A DNA stretch of 64,000 nt from a virus (taxonomy: Duplodnaviria > Caudoviricetes), in IMG/VR virus record IMGVR_UViG_2906610324_000001, positions 57,324-121,323 of that record. One strand, written 5' to 3'. A model generated the notes under the pieces. That model was not told the DNA's origin, searched no databases, and saw only the letters and a program-made list of their open reading frames with translations. Of this stretch, positions 55,721-64,000 are shown one piece after another. Within the stretch, counting starts at the first letter, position 1. Every line of letters starts with the position of its first letter. The position numbers and the translations under genes were made by a program.

Positions 55721-58192
55721 ATGACGTATTCGATTGACGCAGCATTCGAGCGGCTGAATGCCCTCGAACCGGAGCTTCGAGATGGGCTGAAAGCCGGGCA
55801 AAACGAGGCCGATACCCGCCTAAAAGTGCTGGATCGCGTCCTATTCGAGGTCCTGGATTGGAAGCACGCCCCTGTGTTGGTGGAGCCGCACACCGAATCG
55901 GGCTTCATCGACTACCTGCTGACCATTGGCGAGCGTCGAGGCGTCATGGTCATTGAAGCAAAGCGCGTAGGGCTGCTTGCGCCTGCAACGGTATCGAAGG
56001 AGCTAATGACGGTGGCTCTAAATGGCCAGGTGGTTAAGCCGCTGATGGCCGGCATTAAGCAGGCCATGAATTATGCGTTGGAAAACGGCGTAGCCACAGG
56101 CGTGGTTACCGATGGAAACACTTGGTTGTTCTTTAAGGCCTCTCGGACTGACGGCAAGAAACCGCTGGAAGGCAAGGGCCTGCTCTTCCCGAGCCTCGAA
56201 ACGGTCTTTGCCAACTTCGCGAAGTTCGCCGAAATGCTCGGACCCATACCGATTGTCGAGCGGCGGCATCTCGCGCACCTCAACGAGGCGGAGGGCCTGA
56301 CGGTCACTGACGCGGAGCAGCAGTACTTCGTACTAAATCCGACGGATGCCCAGATGCGCAAGCGGGACCCATTGGCGCAGGACGCAGCGCTGTTGTTCTC
56401 GCAATTCTTCTCGAGGCTGTCCGATGAGCAAGACCGCGAGATGCTACGGGATTGCTTCGTCGAAACCAACGAAAGCCGGAAAGCCGATATCGAGTTAGAA
56501 AAAATCATTCAGCGTGTGCTGAATACTATCGCGCCCATCTCGACTAGCGGGGGCGGTGCGTTGCAGGCCGAGCTAGAACAGACCATCGCTTCAAAACGGT
56601 CGGAAACTGTCCTGCTAATTGGCAACAAGGGTGCGGGCAAATCGACTTTCATCGACCGCTTTTTCGAACAGGTGTTACCGCGGGCGACCCGCGAGAAATG
56701 CGTTCTCGCGCGTGTCGATCTGCAAGACTATCACGGAGATCCCAAGGGCATCGTGAGTTGGATCATTCTGCAACTCCGCGAGAGGCTGGAAGCGGAAGTG
56801 TTCACCAGCAACCCGCCGACCTATGACGAACTGCAGGGCATGAACTTCCAGGAGTATCAACGCTGGATGGTCGGCTCTCGCAAACATCTCTACGAAACCA
56901 ACAAGATCGAGTTCAAGAACCAGTTCGGCATCCACCTTGAGGATCGCCGTGAAAGAAATCCTGACGAATGGGTGCGCAAGCTCTTGGATTGGGCGTCGCG
57001 CGGTCACAACAAGCTGCCTTGCCTGGTATTCGATAATACCGATCAGTTCCCGACTGACGTACAAGATGCCGTCTATCAGATGGCGCATTCTCTTGAAGGC
57101 GCGGCACCGGTGTTCAACGTAGTACCGATCACCGACCGCACGGTGTGGCGGCTGTCGAAGGCGGGAGCGTTGGCAAGTTATTCTGCCAAAAGTTTTTACC
57201 TGCCAGTACCCGATGCCAAGGAAATCATCTCTCGCCGCGTCGACTTCCTGAAAATCAAAGTCAAGGCCGAACCGAAAGCGGCAAAGGCCTATTTCTCGAA
57301 CAAGGGATTCCAAGTCGAGGTCAACGACCTGGCAATGCTCGCTGAAGCTGTGGGCAAGGTATTTGTCGAGAACGACTACGTGTCGGGGCTCATCGGCCGC
57401 CTCGGTAACTTCGACATCCGGCGTATGCTCAAGCTGGCGGAGAGGATCTTCCTGTCGCCTGAATTGAAGATTGATGACATCATCAAGTCAAAATTCGGCG
57501 GCCCAAGCGTCACCACTGACCAATACCGGACTCACCGCGCCCTTATCAAAGGTGAATATGACCGGTTCAGCGAGACCGAGAACGAGTTCATCTCGAACTT
57601 ATTCTACACCAATCCACAGAAGCCGGAATCGCCGCTGTTGGCTTTCTATCTGCTCTGGCTATTGCGACAGCGCCTCAATTCCGTCCGTGACGAGAGCGTT
57701 GAAAGCAAACACTGGCTAGTCTCTGAGCTGTGCCAACTTTTCGAGGGATGCGGCGTTGCCGAAGAACTGGTGATGCAGACCGTCGCCCGGCTCTATGACC
57801 GGAGACTTGTGGAAGCCCTCGATCCGAACCTCAAGGTGATTGGCCTCGCGGACAAGATAGCCATCAAGGAGTGCGGTCTAGCTCATCTTGAAATGGCCAT
57901 GCTATCGGAAGTGTTCACGGAGCAGATGGGCTTGGTGACCGGGGTGAACGAGCTATTTGCTCGGGATGAAATGCGCAAGCAGATGCAAGATCATCACATG
58001 CGTGAGGTCCGAGAGACCTTCATCCGTTACTTGCTTAAGATCGACGCTGGCCGCATGAAGATTCCGGGCCTTCCAGCCTATTCTCAAATGGGTAAGGCGC
58101 GGGCGCAGATCGAGAGCCTGCTTCCTCGTGGCCCGCGCATAGCTAAGAACGGACCAGCGAAGAAGGCGCTGTCCAAGCGCACGACCTTGTGA
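55721..58192 (+). CDS. PD-(D/E)xK (HsdR-N-like) nuclease fused to a P-loop NTPase; candidate defence protein
   Basis: NEADTR, IDY..IEAKR, QA..YA, VVTDG..W; GNKGAGKST; VFDNTD. Confidence 0.8.
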   Translation: MTYSIDAAFERLNALEPELRDGLKAGQNEADTRLKVLDRVLFEVLDWKHAPVLVEPHTESGFIDYLLTIGERRGVMVIEAKRVGLLAPATVSKELMTVALNGQVVKPLMAGIKQAMNYALENGVATGVVTDGNTWLFFKASRTDGKKPLEGKGLLFPSLETVFANFAKFAEMLGPIPIVERRHLAHLNEAEGLTVTDAEQQYFVLNPTDAQMRKRDPLAQDAALLFSQFFSRLSDEQDREMLRDCFVETNESRKADIELEKIIQRVLNTIAPISTSGGGALQAELEQTIASKRSETVLLIGNKGAGKSTFIDRFFEQVLPRATREKCVLARVDLQDYHGDPKGIVSWIILQLRERLEAEVFTSNPPTYDELQGMNFQEYQRWMVGSRKHLYETNKIEFKNQFGIHLEDRRERNPDEWVRKLLDWASRGHNKLPCLVFDNTDQFPTDVQDAVYQMAHSLEGAAPVFNVVPITDRTVWRLSKAGALASYSAKSFYLPVPDAKEIISRRVDFLKIKVKAEPKAAKAYFSNKGFQVEVNDLAMLAEAVGKVFVENDYVSGLIGRLGNFDIRRMLKLAERIFLSPELKIDDIIKSKFGGPSVTTDQYRTHRALIKGEYDRFSETENEFISNLFYTNPQKPESPLLAFYLLWLLRQRLNSVRDESVESKHWLVSELCQLFEGCGVAEELVMQTVARLYDRRLVEALDPNLKVIGLADKIAIKECGLAHLEMAMLSEVFTEQMGLVTGVNELFARDEMRKQMQDHHMREVRETFIRYLLKIDAGRMKIPGLPAYSQMGKARAQIESLLPRGPRIAKNGPAKKALSKRTTL

Positions 58193-58313
58193 TTACCGAG
58201 CTGATCGTACTCGATACCCCGACTCCGCGAGTTCGTTGAATGCATAATCGTCGGGCGCTGTCCGGTCCAGCGGCACCAACGACCATGCAGGATTTCGATG
58301 ATCGTTTCCTATT

Positions 58314-58400
58314 GGAGAGATGGCCGAGCGGCAAGGCACCTCACTGCTAACGAGGCGTGACCTTCGGGTCTGGCGAGTTCGACTCTCGCTCTCTCCGCCA
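58314..58400 (+). tRNA. tRNA-Ser(GCT)
   Basis: type II cloverleaf. Confidence 0.88.
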
Positions 58401-58409
58401 CAACAACGC

Positions 58410-58483
58410 GCGGGCTTGGGCCATAGGCTGGTCACCTGGTTTCCACCCAGGCTAAGTCGGTTCGAGTCCGGCAGCCCGCACCA
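58410..58483 (+). tRNA. tRNA-Gly(TCC)
   Basis: cloverleaf, atypical D-arm. Confidence 0.75.
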
Positions 58484-58741
58484 TCACTTTTTCTGCCCGG
58501 ACGCTGCTGCCTCCCGGATGGCGCCGACGACAAATTGATAACCTTCGATCGTGACATCAGCAGCATCAGGCAGTTGCTCAAGGCCGGCGAGGCCGAACTG
58601 CCATGCGACTTCAGCTTCCGCAAGAAGCTCAGGATGCGATCTCACGACCGATTGAGCAAACATCAGCAATGCGTGGATTTGGCCTGTCGTAAATAGCACC
58701 GAGTGCGTCATCCGCTCCGGCGGCATCAATCTCTCAACCAT
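58484..58741 (-). CDS. hypothetical protein filling a tRNA spacer
   Basis: stop abuts CCA. Confidence 0.55.
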   Translation of the reverse strand: MVERLMPPERMTHSVLFTTGQIHALLMFAQSVVRSHPELLAEAEVAWQFGLAGLEQLPDAADVTIEGYQFVVGAIREAAASGQKK

Positions 58742-58746
58742 TCATG

Positions 58747-58821
58747 GCTCCCTTCGTCTACCGGTCAGGATATCACCCTTTCAAGGTGAGGAAACGGGTT
58801 CGACTCCCGTAGGGAGCACCA
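58747..58821 (+). tRNA. tRNA-Glu(TTC)
   Basis: cloverleaf. Confidence 0.9.
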
Positions 58822-58826
58822 TTCAC

Positions 58827-58903
58827 GGGCGCGTAGCCAAGCTGGCAAAGGCATCGGATTTTGATTCCGACATCCGCAGGTTCGATCCCTGCCGCGCCTG
58901 CCA
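58827..58903 (+). tRNA. tRNA-Gln(TTG)
   Basis: cloverleaf. Confidence 0.88.
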
Positions 58904-59149
58904 TCACCTGACGTCCTCAATCCGTTCGTGCCGCGTACGTACCGACCAGGAATGCATGCACCGGCCGCACCTCGCAGCGAAATGGACTCGGTTCGGATCT
59001 CCGCGGTCGGTTCGTTTGCCGTCCCGGTCATATGTGGGTCCGTGCCAGCCCATGCAGGTCTCTTCACCTCGCCGGATTTGAACCTCGCAGTCGCGACGAG
59101 GGCACGGGCTTGTTACCGCCTTGGCTATTTCAGCCTCAATTATCGACAT
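58904..59149 (-). CDS. small zinc-ribbon-like protein filling a tRNA spacer
   Basis: CP...C and C..C motifs; abuts tRNAs on both sides. Confidence 0.6.
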   Translation of the reverse strand: MSIIEAEIAKAVTSPCPRRDCEVQIRRGEETCMGWHGPTYDRDGKRTDRGDPNRVHFAARCGRCMHSWSVRTRHERIEDVR

Positions 59150-59225
59150 CGCTCGGCCTCCGTTGGGTAAGGTGCTGTCTCTCATAAGGACGGACTGGCG
59201 GGTTCAAGCCCCGCACGAGCGACCA
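59150..59225 (+). tRNA. atypical tRNA(CAT)
   Basis: CT-CAT-AA loop, T-arm, CCA; odd D-arm. Confidence 0.65.
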
Positions 59226-59231
59226 ATTGCC

Positions 59232-59597
59232 TTAAGTCGACGACGGTTCGCCGGAACGTGGCCGTTTCCTCCACCAGTCCGCAGGCTTGATGAGCCCGTC
59301 CGGCGTTACGGTCAAGCCGAGCCTAATCAGGTGAAGGCGGCTGTCCGATGCTTCTTCGCTCATGACCAACTCGACCGCGCCGGGCTCGAGCCCAGGATCC
59401 TCGACAATCCTGATGCCCATAAAGTTCGGCGCCGGCACGGAGCTTCCAACCATGTGAGCGTCTCGGAAAACGCGCGCCATATCGCTGGTGGAAGCGAGAA
59501 TGAGCTTGGGGATGTCCGGGTGGGTGCGTCTCGTCAAACGGGTGAGGGCGTAGAGACCATCGCTGTTCAGATCAACTCGCAATGAAGTCGTGTTCAT
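59232..59597 (-). CDS. hypothetical protein
   Basis: ATGA-coupled to the upstream gene. Confidence 0.55.
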   Translation of the reverse strand: MNTTSLRVDLNSDGLYALTRLTRRTHPDIPKLILASTSDMARVFRDAHMVGSSVPAPNFMGIRIVEDPGLEPGAVELVMSEEASDSRLHLIRLGLTVTPDGLIKPADWWRKRPRSGEPSST

Positions 59598-59782
59598 GGC
59601 AACACCGTCTCCCTGGTCTCAATTTCGGCGACGACATAGTTCGAGTTGCGCCGGCCGAACGTGTCGACGGTCTGCAACCTTACGTGCAGGCCCTCGGCGC
59701 CGGTGTCGTCGAGCGCGCTGTTGAGCGCCGTCACGGCGTCCATCACCTTCCGCGATGCCGCTTTCTGTGCCGGTGTTGCCAT
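59594..59782 (-). CDS. hypothetical protein
   Basis: AAAGGA SD. Confidence 0.55.
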   Translation of the reverse strand: MATPAQKAASRKVMDAVTALNSALDDTGAEGLHVRLQTVDTFGRRNSNYVVAEIETRETVLP

Positions 59783-59796
59783 CTCAATCTTCCTTT

Positions 59797-59871
59797 GCCG
59801 CTTTCGTTCAATGGTAGGACGCTGGGTTGTGGACCCGGTAACGAGAGGTTCGATTCCTCCAAGCGGTGCCA
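59797..59871 (+). tRNA. tRNA-His(GTG)
   Basis: cloverleaf; no encoded G-1. Confidence 0.82.
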
Positions 59872-59876
59872 ATTTT

Positions 59877-59950
59877 GGGAGTGTCGTCTAGTGGTAAGGC
59901 ACCGGCTTCCAACACCGGTTACGTGGGTTCGATTCCTACCGCTCCTGCCA
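59877..59950 (+). tRNA. tRNA-Trp(CCA)
   Basis: cloverleaf, G73. Confidence 0.82.
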
Positions 59951-59953
59951 ATC

Positions 59954-60409
59954 TCATAGTCCTGGGCCCGGCCGCGGTGCCGGCGCCTTTCGGCTCAGCG
60001 CGGCTTTCTTCTCCAGCCATGCCCGCCGCTCCTCGATCTCCCGCTTGAGCGCGGCGAATTCGTCGGGGTGGTTCTAGATCAGCGTCGCGATCGCGGCGAG
60101 TTCGTCGCGTAGTCGCTGACCGTGGTCGGTCCTGGTGCGGTAGCCGAGCCCGCATTCCCAGGCTATTTCGCGCTCGAGGGCGCGTCTCGGATCATCCCCC
60201 CAATCTCCCCATCGAGCCGCGGTATCGGCGCAGGTCATGCAGGTCACCATCGCGCAGCGGCGTTGCCCGAGCTCTTTCCTGCGCGCGAAGTATTCGTCCC
60301 GTGTCAGCGTCCTGACCTTCGCCGCATCGTATCCGCATTCGGTGATGGCACCTTCATCGCCGCGCCACGGTAATCGCGGGCGTAGAATGTGGTCGACTGG
60401 GTCTTTCAT
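59954..60409 (-). pseudogene. hypothetical protein with an in-frame TAG at 60074-60076
   Basis: protein-like frame continues 39 codons past the TAG to a TGA near the tRNA-Trp end. Confidence 0.55.
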
Positions 60410-60423
60410 GGCATCCTCACGCG

Positions 60424-60762
60424 TCAGAACGAGATTTCGTCGTCTGTCAAAATGGATAGGGAATTGCGCGGCCAGACCCGCTCGAGTAGCCGGAAGATCG
60501 GCCATCGGACCGGCAGAGTCAGCTTGCGCCAGAACTCTCGTCTGCGCCGGCGACGTTCTTCTCGTTCGCATTCCTCTTGATAGTTGGCCTGGCGATCTAG
60601 TTCGGCATCAATCTCCTCGGCCGACAGATGCCAGGATTTCGAGCAATATTCGCACTGGGCTCGACCGGTACAGACGTCAATCTCGTAATGCTCGTGCTCG
60701 CAGTCGCGTTCTGAATCGTAGGCGTCGTCATAGCCGTAATCGTAATCTTCATCGTACGGCAT
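60424..60762 (-). CDS. hypothetical protein
   Basis: operon-coupled ORF. Confidence 0.6.
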   Translation of the reverse strand: MPYDEDYDYGYDDAYDSERDCEHEHYEIDVCTGRAQCEYCSKSWHLSAEEIDAELDRQANYQEECEREERRRRRREFWRKLTLPVRWPIFRLLERVWPRNSLSILTDDEISF

Positions 60763-61285
60763 TGGTCGCCTCCAACTGCCGCTCGGCCTCGATCAGCGAC
60801 GCCCATGCCTGTTCGAGCAGCGGCGCCGGCGCCCGGGTCAAAACCTCGAGGATGGCGCGCTTTTCCGGCAGGTACTTCTTCGCGAAGCCGGGATTGTGTT
60901 TAACGATCGTCGCGGTGTTGCTGATAAGGTCGGCACACTTGACGCCTTGAGCCTCCGGTGACGCCGCCGCAAGACGCTGGCGATCGATCTCTTTCCGCAT
61001 CTCGCGGTTGAGGGCAGCCGTCGGCGGCATGTCGGTGAGAGAACTGACGATGGCCGCAGTCCGTTGACCGAAGAGCAGGACGAGTTCGCTCTCCAAGACA
61101 TTCTGGTCCTCAATGACGTCGTGCAACCATGCCGCGGCGATCGCCGCTTCGGACAGGCCCGCGCGCTCCGCGATCCCGGCGACTTCCTCTAGGTGCACGA
61201 AGTACGGTTCGCGGGTGTAATTGCGCAGCTGCTCCGCGTGTTTCTCCCGCGCGAATTCGCGAGCGCTATCGATTAGGTCAGTCAT
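60749..61285 (-). CDS. HD-domain hydrolase, (p)ppGpp hydrolase (Mesh1/SAH)-like
   Basis: H..Q.R....PY..H...V, AA.LHDVIED, V..LTD, VK.AD.I.N. Confidence 0.85.
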   Translation of the reverse strand: MTDLIDSAREFAREKHAEQLRNYTREPYFVHLEEVAGIAERAGLSEAAIAAAWLHDVIEDQNVLESELVLLFGQRTAAIVSSLTDMPPTAALNREMRKEIDRQRLAAASPEAQGVKCADLISNTATIVKHNPGFAKKYLPEKRAILEVLTRAPAPLLEQAWASLIEAERQLEATNAVR

Positions 61286-61532
61286 TGTTCCTCCGAGGCA
61301 ATTCCTTCATGACGCCGCTAGGCGCCAATTCGCGAACCAGAGATCTCGCGGCCTCATCGATCTCTAATTCCCCCATATCCATCATGGCATTCCGCCAGCC
61401 GTGCCAGTACGAGCGCCCGCGGTTCGGGCCAGGCTCCGGATCGCCGCGCTCGGCCGACATATAGCCCTCGCGGATCTGCCCCTGGTCGAGCGTCTCGAGG
61501 TCGGCGACGGTGCTGACAGGCGCGAACTTCAC
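61278..61532 (-). CDS. hypothetical protein
   Basis: EGY.....D.EP..NR..SYWHGWRN; GTGA coupling. Confidence 0.6.
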   Translation of the reverse strand: MKFAPVSTVADLETLDQGQIREGYMSAERGDPEPGPNRGRSYWHGWRNAMMDMGELEIDEAARSLVRELAPSGVMKELPRRNND

Positions 61533-61771
61533 GGCGTCGTGCCCGGAACGATCCAGACGCAGTCGGACGGGCCTAGCCGGTCCGGCTCGAACCGAAACGC
61601 CTCGCGAGGCACATAGACCGCTCCGTGGTGATCGTACTGGACCTTGCAAGGCCAGCGCTCCTCTGAGGGCAACTCCAAGAGGAGCGTCCGATACGGTGAT
61701 CGCGATTTCAGCACCTCGGCGATCGCTGTTGGGTCAATGTCGCTGATCAACGCGAAAGGCATTGTCGTCAT
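61529..61771 (-). CDS. hypothetical protein
   Basis: ATGA coupling. Confidence 0.55.
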   Translation of the reverse strand: MTTMPFALISDIDPTAIAEVLKSRSPYRTLLLELPSEERWPCKVQYDHHGAVYVPREAFRFEPDRLGPSDCVWIVPGTTP

Positions 61772-62847
61772 GGCCGCCAGTCCTCCGGCTTCCGAGAGGC
61801 AAGGGCAAAGATCCGACTGAGTTCGTTGTCGGTGATCTCCTGGAACGTCGGCGTGACCGGGCCGTCGGCCGCCAATGCCCGGTTGTCGACGTCTTCGATG
61901 ATCTGCTTGATCCTGGCGAGGTCCGCGCCGGCGGACTCGAGCCGGCGAGAAAGCCAGCGGATGCGGTCCTTGGCGATCGTTAGGTTGTTGATGCCGGGAT
62001 CGAGGAAAACGGCGTTGGCCACTTCGTCGTCAGTCAGGTCGCCGCCGGCCAGCTGCGCGCGATCGCAGTCGTACCGGACCCCGTGCGGATCGGGTTCTCC
62101 AGCTTCGCGCCACCGGGCGCCTGGTGTCCGCGGCGGCGCTGCAGCGAGCGCCGCGTCGACGCGGTCCAGTATCGGTCGGTAGATGGTATTTTCTGGCCCC
62201 GGTTCGAAGCCCCAGGCTTTCACGAAAGCACCGCGCATTTCGATCAGCGCCTGGCGCATCTGGACAGCGTGTGTCGTGCCGCGAGCGGGCGCCTCGGGCT
62301 GGAGGGCGGCGCGACGCTCGACCCACTCGGCGAAAAGGACGAACGTGTTGCGGCCGTCCGAACCTTGCGAATAGTTCTCGGCCCATTCGCGCGCCTTACC
62401 GGCAATCGCGATTTGCTCGTCCCGTAGCGCTGCGTGAGGCTCTACCGTGGCCGCTAGCCCGGCCTGCAGACGCTGGTCGATCGACGTCCAAATAACGAGG
62501 CTGGGCGGAATGGAGGCGTCGCGTTTGATCCGACCGTTGGCAACGTGCTCGAGCGAGAGGGACAGCCCACGGGCGCGGCAGCGGTCCTCGGTCTTATCGA
62601 TGAAGTGAGCGCCATAGACCGCCAGCGCCTGGTCAAGCGTCAGCAGATTGTTCACCAGATCGGCTACGGTTTTTATCGGTGAGATCCAGGTGCGATCAGC
62701 GCGCTCCTGCTCGATGGCATCGGTCGCGTATTCCATGATCGCAATGGCGGCCTCTTCGGCCGTCAGATGATCCTTGAGGCAGCGAGCGAGCTCGAACGCG
62801 CGTTCATCGGACACGGGCCGATGGGTAACGGTTGGTACATGAGTCAT
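61768..62847 (-). CDS. mosaic hypothetical phage protein (ead/Ea22-like)
   Basis: modular ORF, GAGG SD. Confidence 0.55.
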   Translation of the reverse strand: MTHVPTVTHRPVSDERAFELARCLKDHLTAEEAAIAIMEYATDAIEQERADRTWISPIKTVADLVNNLLTLDQALAVYGAHFIDKTEDRCRARGLSLSLEHVANGRIKRDASIPPSLVIWTSIDQRLQAGLAATVEPHAALRDEQIAIAGKAREWAENYSQGSDGRNTFVLFAEWVERRAALQPEAPARGTTHAVQMRQALIEMRGAFVKAWGFEPGPENTIYRPILDRVDAALAAAPPRTPGARWREAGEPDPHGVRYDCDRAQLAGGDLTDDEVANAVFLDPGINNLTIAKDRIRWLSRRLESAGADLARIKQIIEDVDNRALAADGPVTPTFQEITDNELSRIFALASRKPEDWRP

Positions 62848-63122
62848 GACGTCACCTCTTTCGGCATCCAGACACAGAACATTTTCCACGACGACGGCCG
62901 CGCGCAGACGTGGCACTGGCCATCCGGACTTTGGCGGATCTCGGCCTTGGCCGCAGCGTGGTCGCCGTAGACGACCTGGTCGGGATTGCGCGGGTCGACG
63001 GTCAGTTGCTCGCACGGCACAGGCCGGCAATCTCCGCCGTGCTCGTCACCGTTGCAGCATTGGGGCGGGTACCAAGCGTGTGCGACGAAGATCGCCGCGG
63101 CCAGAATGGTCGAGTTCGCCAC
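62844..63122 (-). CDS. small secreted Cys-rich protein
   Basis: H.WYP..CC....DC.P, SPDG..HVC. Confidence 0.6.
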   Translation of the reverse strand: MANSTILAAAIFVAHAWYPPQCCNGDEHGGDCRPVPCEQLTVDPRNPDQVVYGDHAAAKAEIRQSPDGQCHVCARPSSWKMFCVWMPKEVTS

Positions 63123-63123
63123 G

Positions 63124-63330
63124 TTAGCCTCCCGTCATTTCCGCAATCGTGGTGATGACGTATCCGCCGGCGGCGAGCGCCGTCGGGATGCCAAATCGCA
63201 GGATCAGGACAACTAGGAGGGTCGCCCCGATGGTCGCGGAGACGCCGGCCGGCTGAAACCACGTTTTGGCGAGGAAATAGGCTGGGACGACGAGCAGGAC
63301 GATGACTGCCCAGAAGAGCGGGTCGTTCAT
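63124..63330 (-). CDS. small membrane protein
   Basis: hydrophobic; ATGA coupling. Confidence 0.55.
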   Translation of the reverse strand: MNDPLFWAVIVLLVVPAYFLAKTWFQPAGVSATIGATLLVVLILRFGIPTALAAGGYVITTIAEMTGG

Positions 63331-63722
63331 GCGCTCGGCTCCTGCATGAGCTCTTCGCAGATCCAGACCATCGCCGCGGTGATGCTGCGGAATTTCATCC
63401 ACTCGCGCGGGTGCGGATTGGTCGGATTCCAGCGCTCGTCGATCACCTGCACGTCGCCCGGGCCGCCGCGGATCCGGAATGCGCGCTCTCGATCGTTGTC
63501 AGTGGCGCTGGTGGACCCTTCGGGATGGGCGGCTTGCCACGCCGACGCATAACCTGGGCACCGGTTCGCGTAGACGTCCCAGTGTCCAGGATTGCGGCGG
63601 CCGATCGAGAACCCGAGCGGGAAGAACGGTTGTGCCGCTTCGAAGAAATGCTTCTCCGCCGTGTGTTGCCGCGCGCGGGTTTCGGCGCCGGCAAGTTTCT
63701 CCTCGAGCGTCAATCCCGTCAT
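63327..63722 (-). CDS. hypothetical protein
   Basis: AAAGGGA SD, coupled. Confidence 0.6.
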   Translation of the reverse strand: MTGLTLEEKLAGAETRARQHTAEKHFFEAAQPFFPLGFSIGRRNPGHWDVYANRCPGYASAWQAAHPEGSTSATDNDRERAFRIRGGPGDVQVIDERWNPTNPHPREWMKFRSITAAMVWICEELMQEPSA

Positions 63723-64000
63723 GTTGATCCCTTTCTGTTGGCAATGGCGCGGAACAGCGCGATCGCGATGCGGCCGCGTTCCGTGATGTCGAGGAGAGGC
63801 TTGCGGCCGGCCTTGGTGACGGCGCCGGCGCGGAGCAGGGGCTGCACGAGGAGGCGGCCGAACTCGGCCCAGGTGGCCGGCCTGCCATTCGGGTAGAGGC
63901 CGGAGGCCTGGCCGATCTCCAGCGCCGTCATGGCGCCGTCGGCGGCGAGGCGGGCAAGGACTGCGGCCTCGCGCGGCTTGAGAAGTGCCCGCCTATTCAT
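63719..64000 (-). CDS. winged-helix DNA-binding protein (putative)
   Basis: L..L...G.MTA.EI...L...G.V...ITERGR. Confidence 0.55.
   Translation of the reverse strand: MNRRALLKPREAAVLARLAADGAMTALEIGQASGLYPNGRPATWAEFGRLLVQPLLRAGAVTKAGRKPLLDITERGRIAIALFRAIANRKGST

Overview
High-GC alphaproteobacterial (probably Bradyrhizobium-like, an inference from gene families) temperate siphovirus or prophage segment with signs of decay. (1) 1-7.0 kb: a compositionally distinct leftward cluster of about 19 mostly small genes, including an ArdC-N-like protein. Nine of these genes are preceded by the same small RNA-type hairpin (GCGCR-AUNG-UGCGC) set just upstream of the Shine-Dalgarno. (2) 7.9-39.2 kb: putative cos region, a terminase locus apparently truncated by deletion, an HK97-type head module, a tail module with four signal-peptide-bearing genes inserted after the tail tube gene, tape measure, tail tip, fibre and lysis genes. 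(3) 39.4-46.3 kb: a complete IS66 with an 8-bp target duplication, a short ATP-dependent ligase, a PIN toxin with an unusually large partner, and SRAP. (4) 47.0-60.0 kb: an array of about 34 tRNA or tRNA-like genes whose anticodons cover all 20 amino acids. Many spacers are filled almost exactly by antisense ORFs, including a CBASS-like CD-NTase plus SLATT pair and an orphan AAA ATPase. A REase-NTPase fusion, two HNH nucleases and several non-tRNA structured RNAs lie on the sense strand. (5) 60-64 kb: leftward phage accessory genes including an HD (Mesh1/SAH-like) hydrolase. All calls and counts were made by eye; no database searches or folding programs were run.
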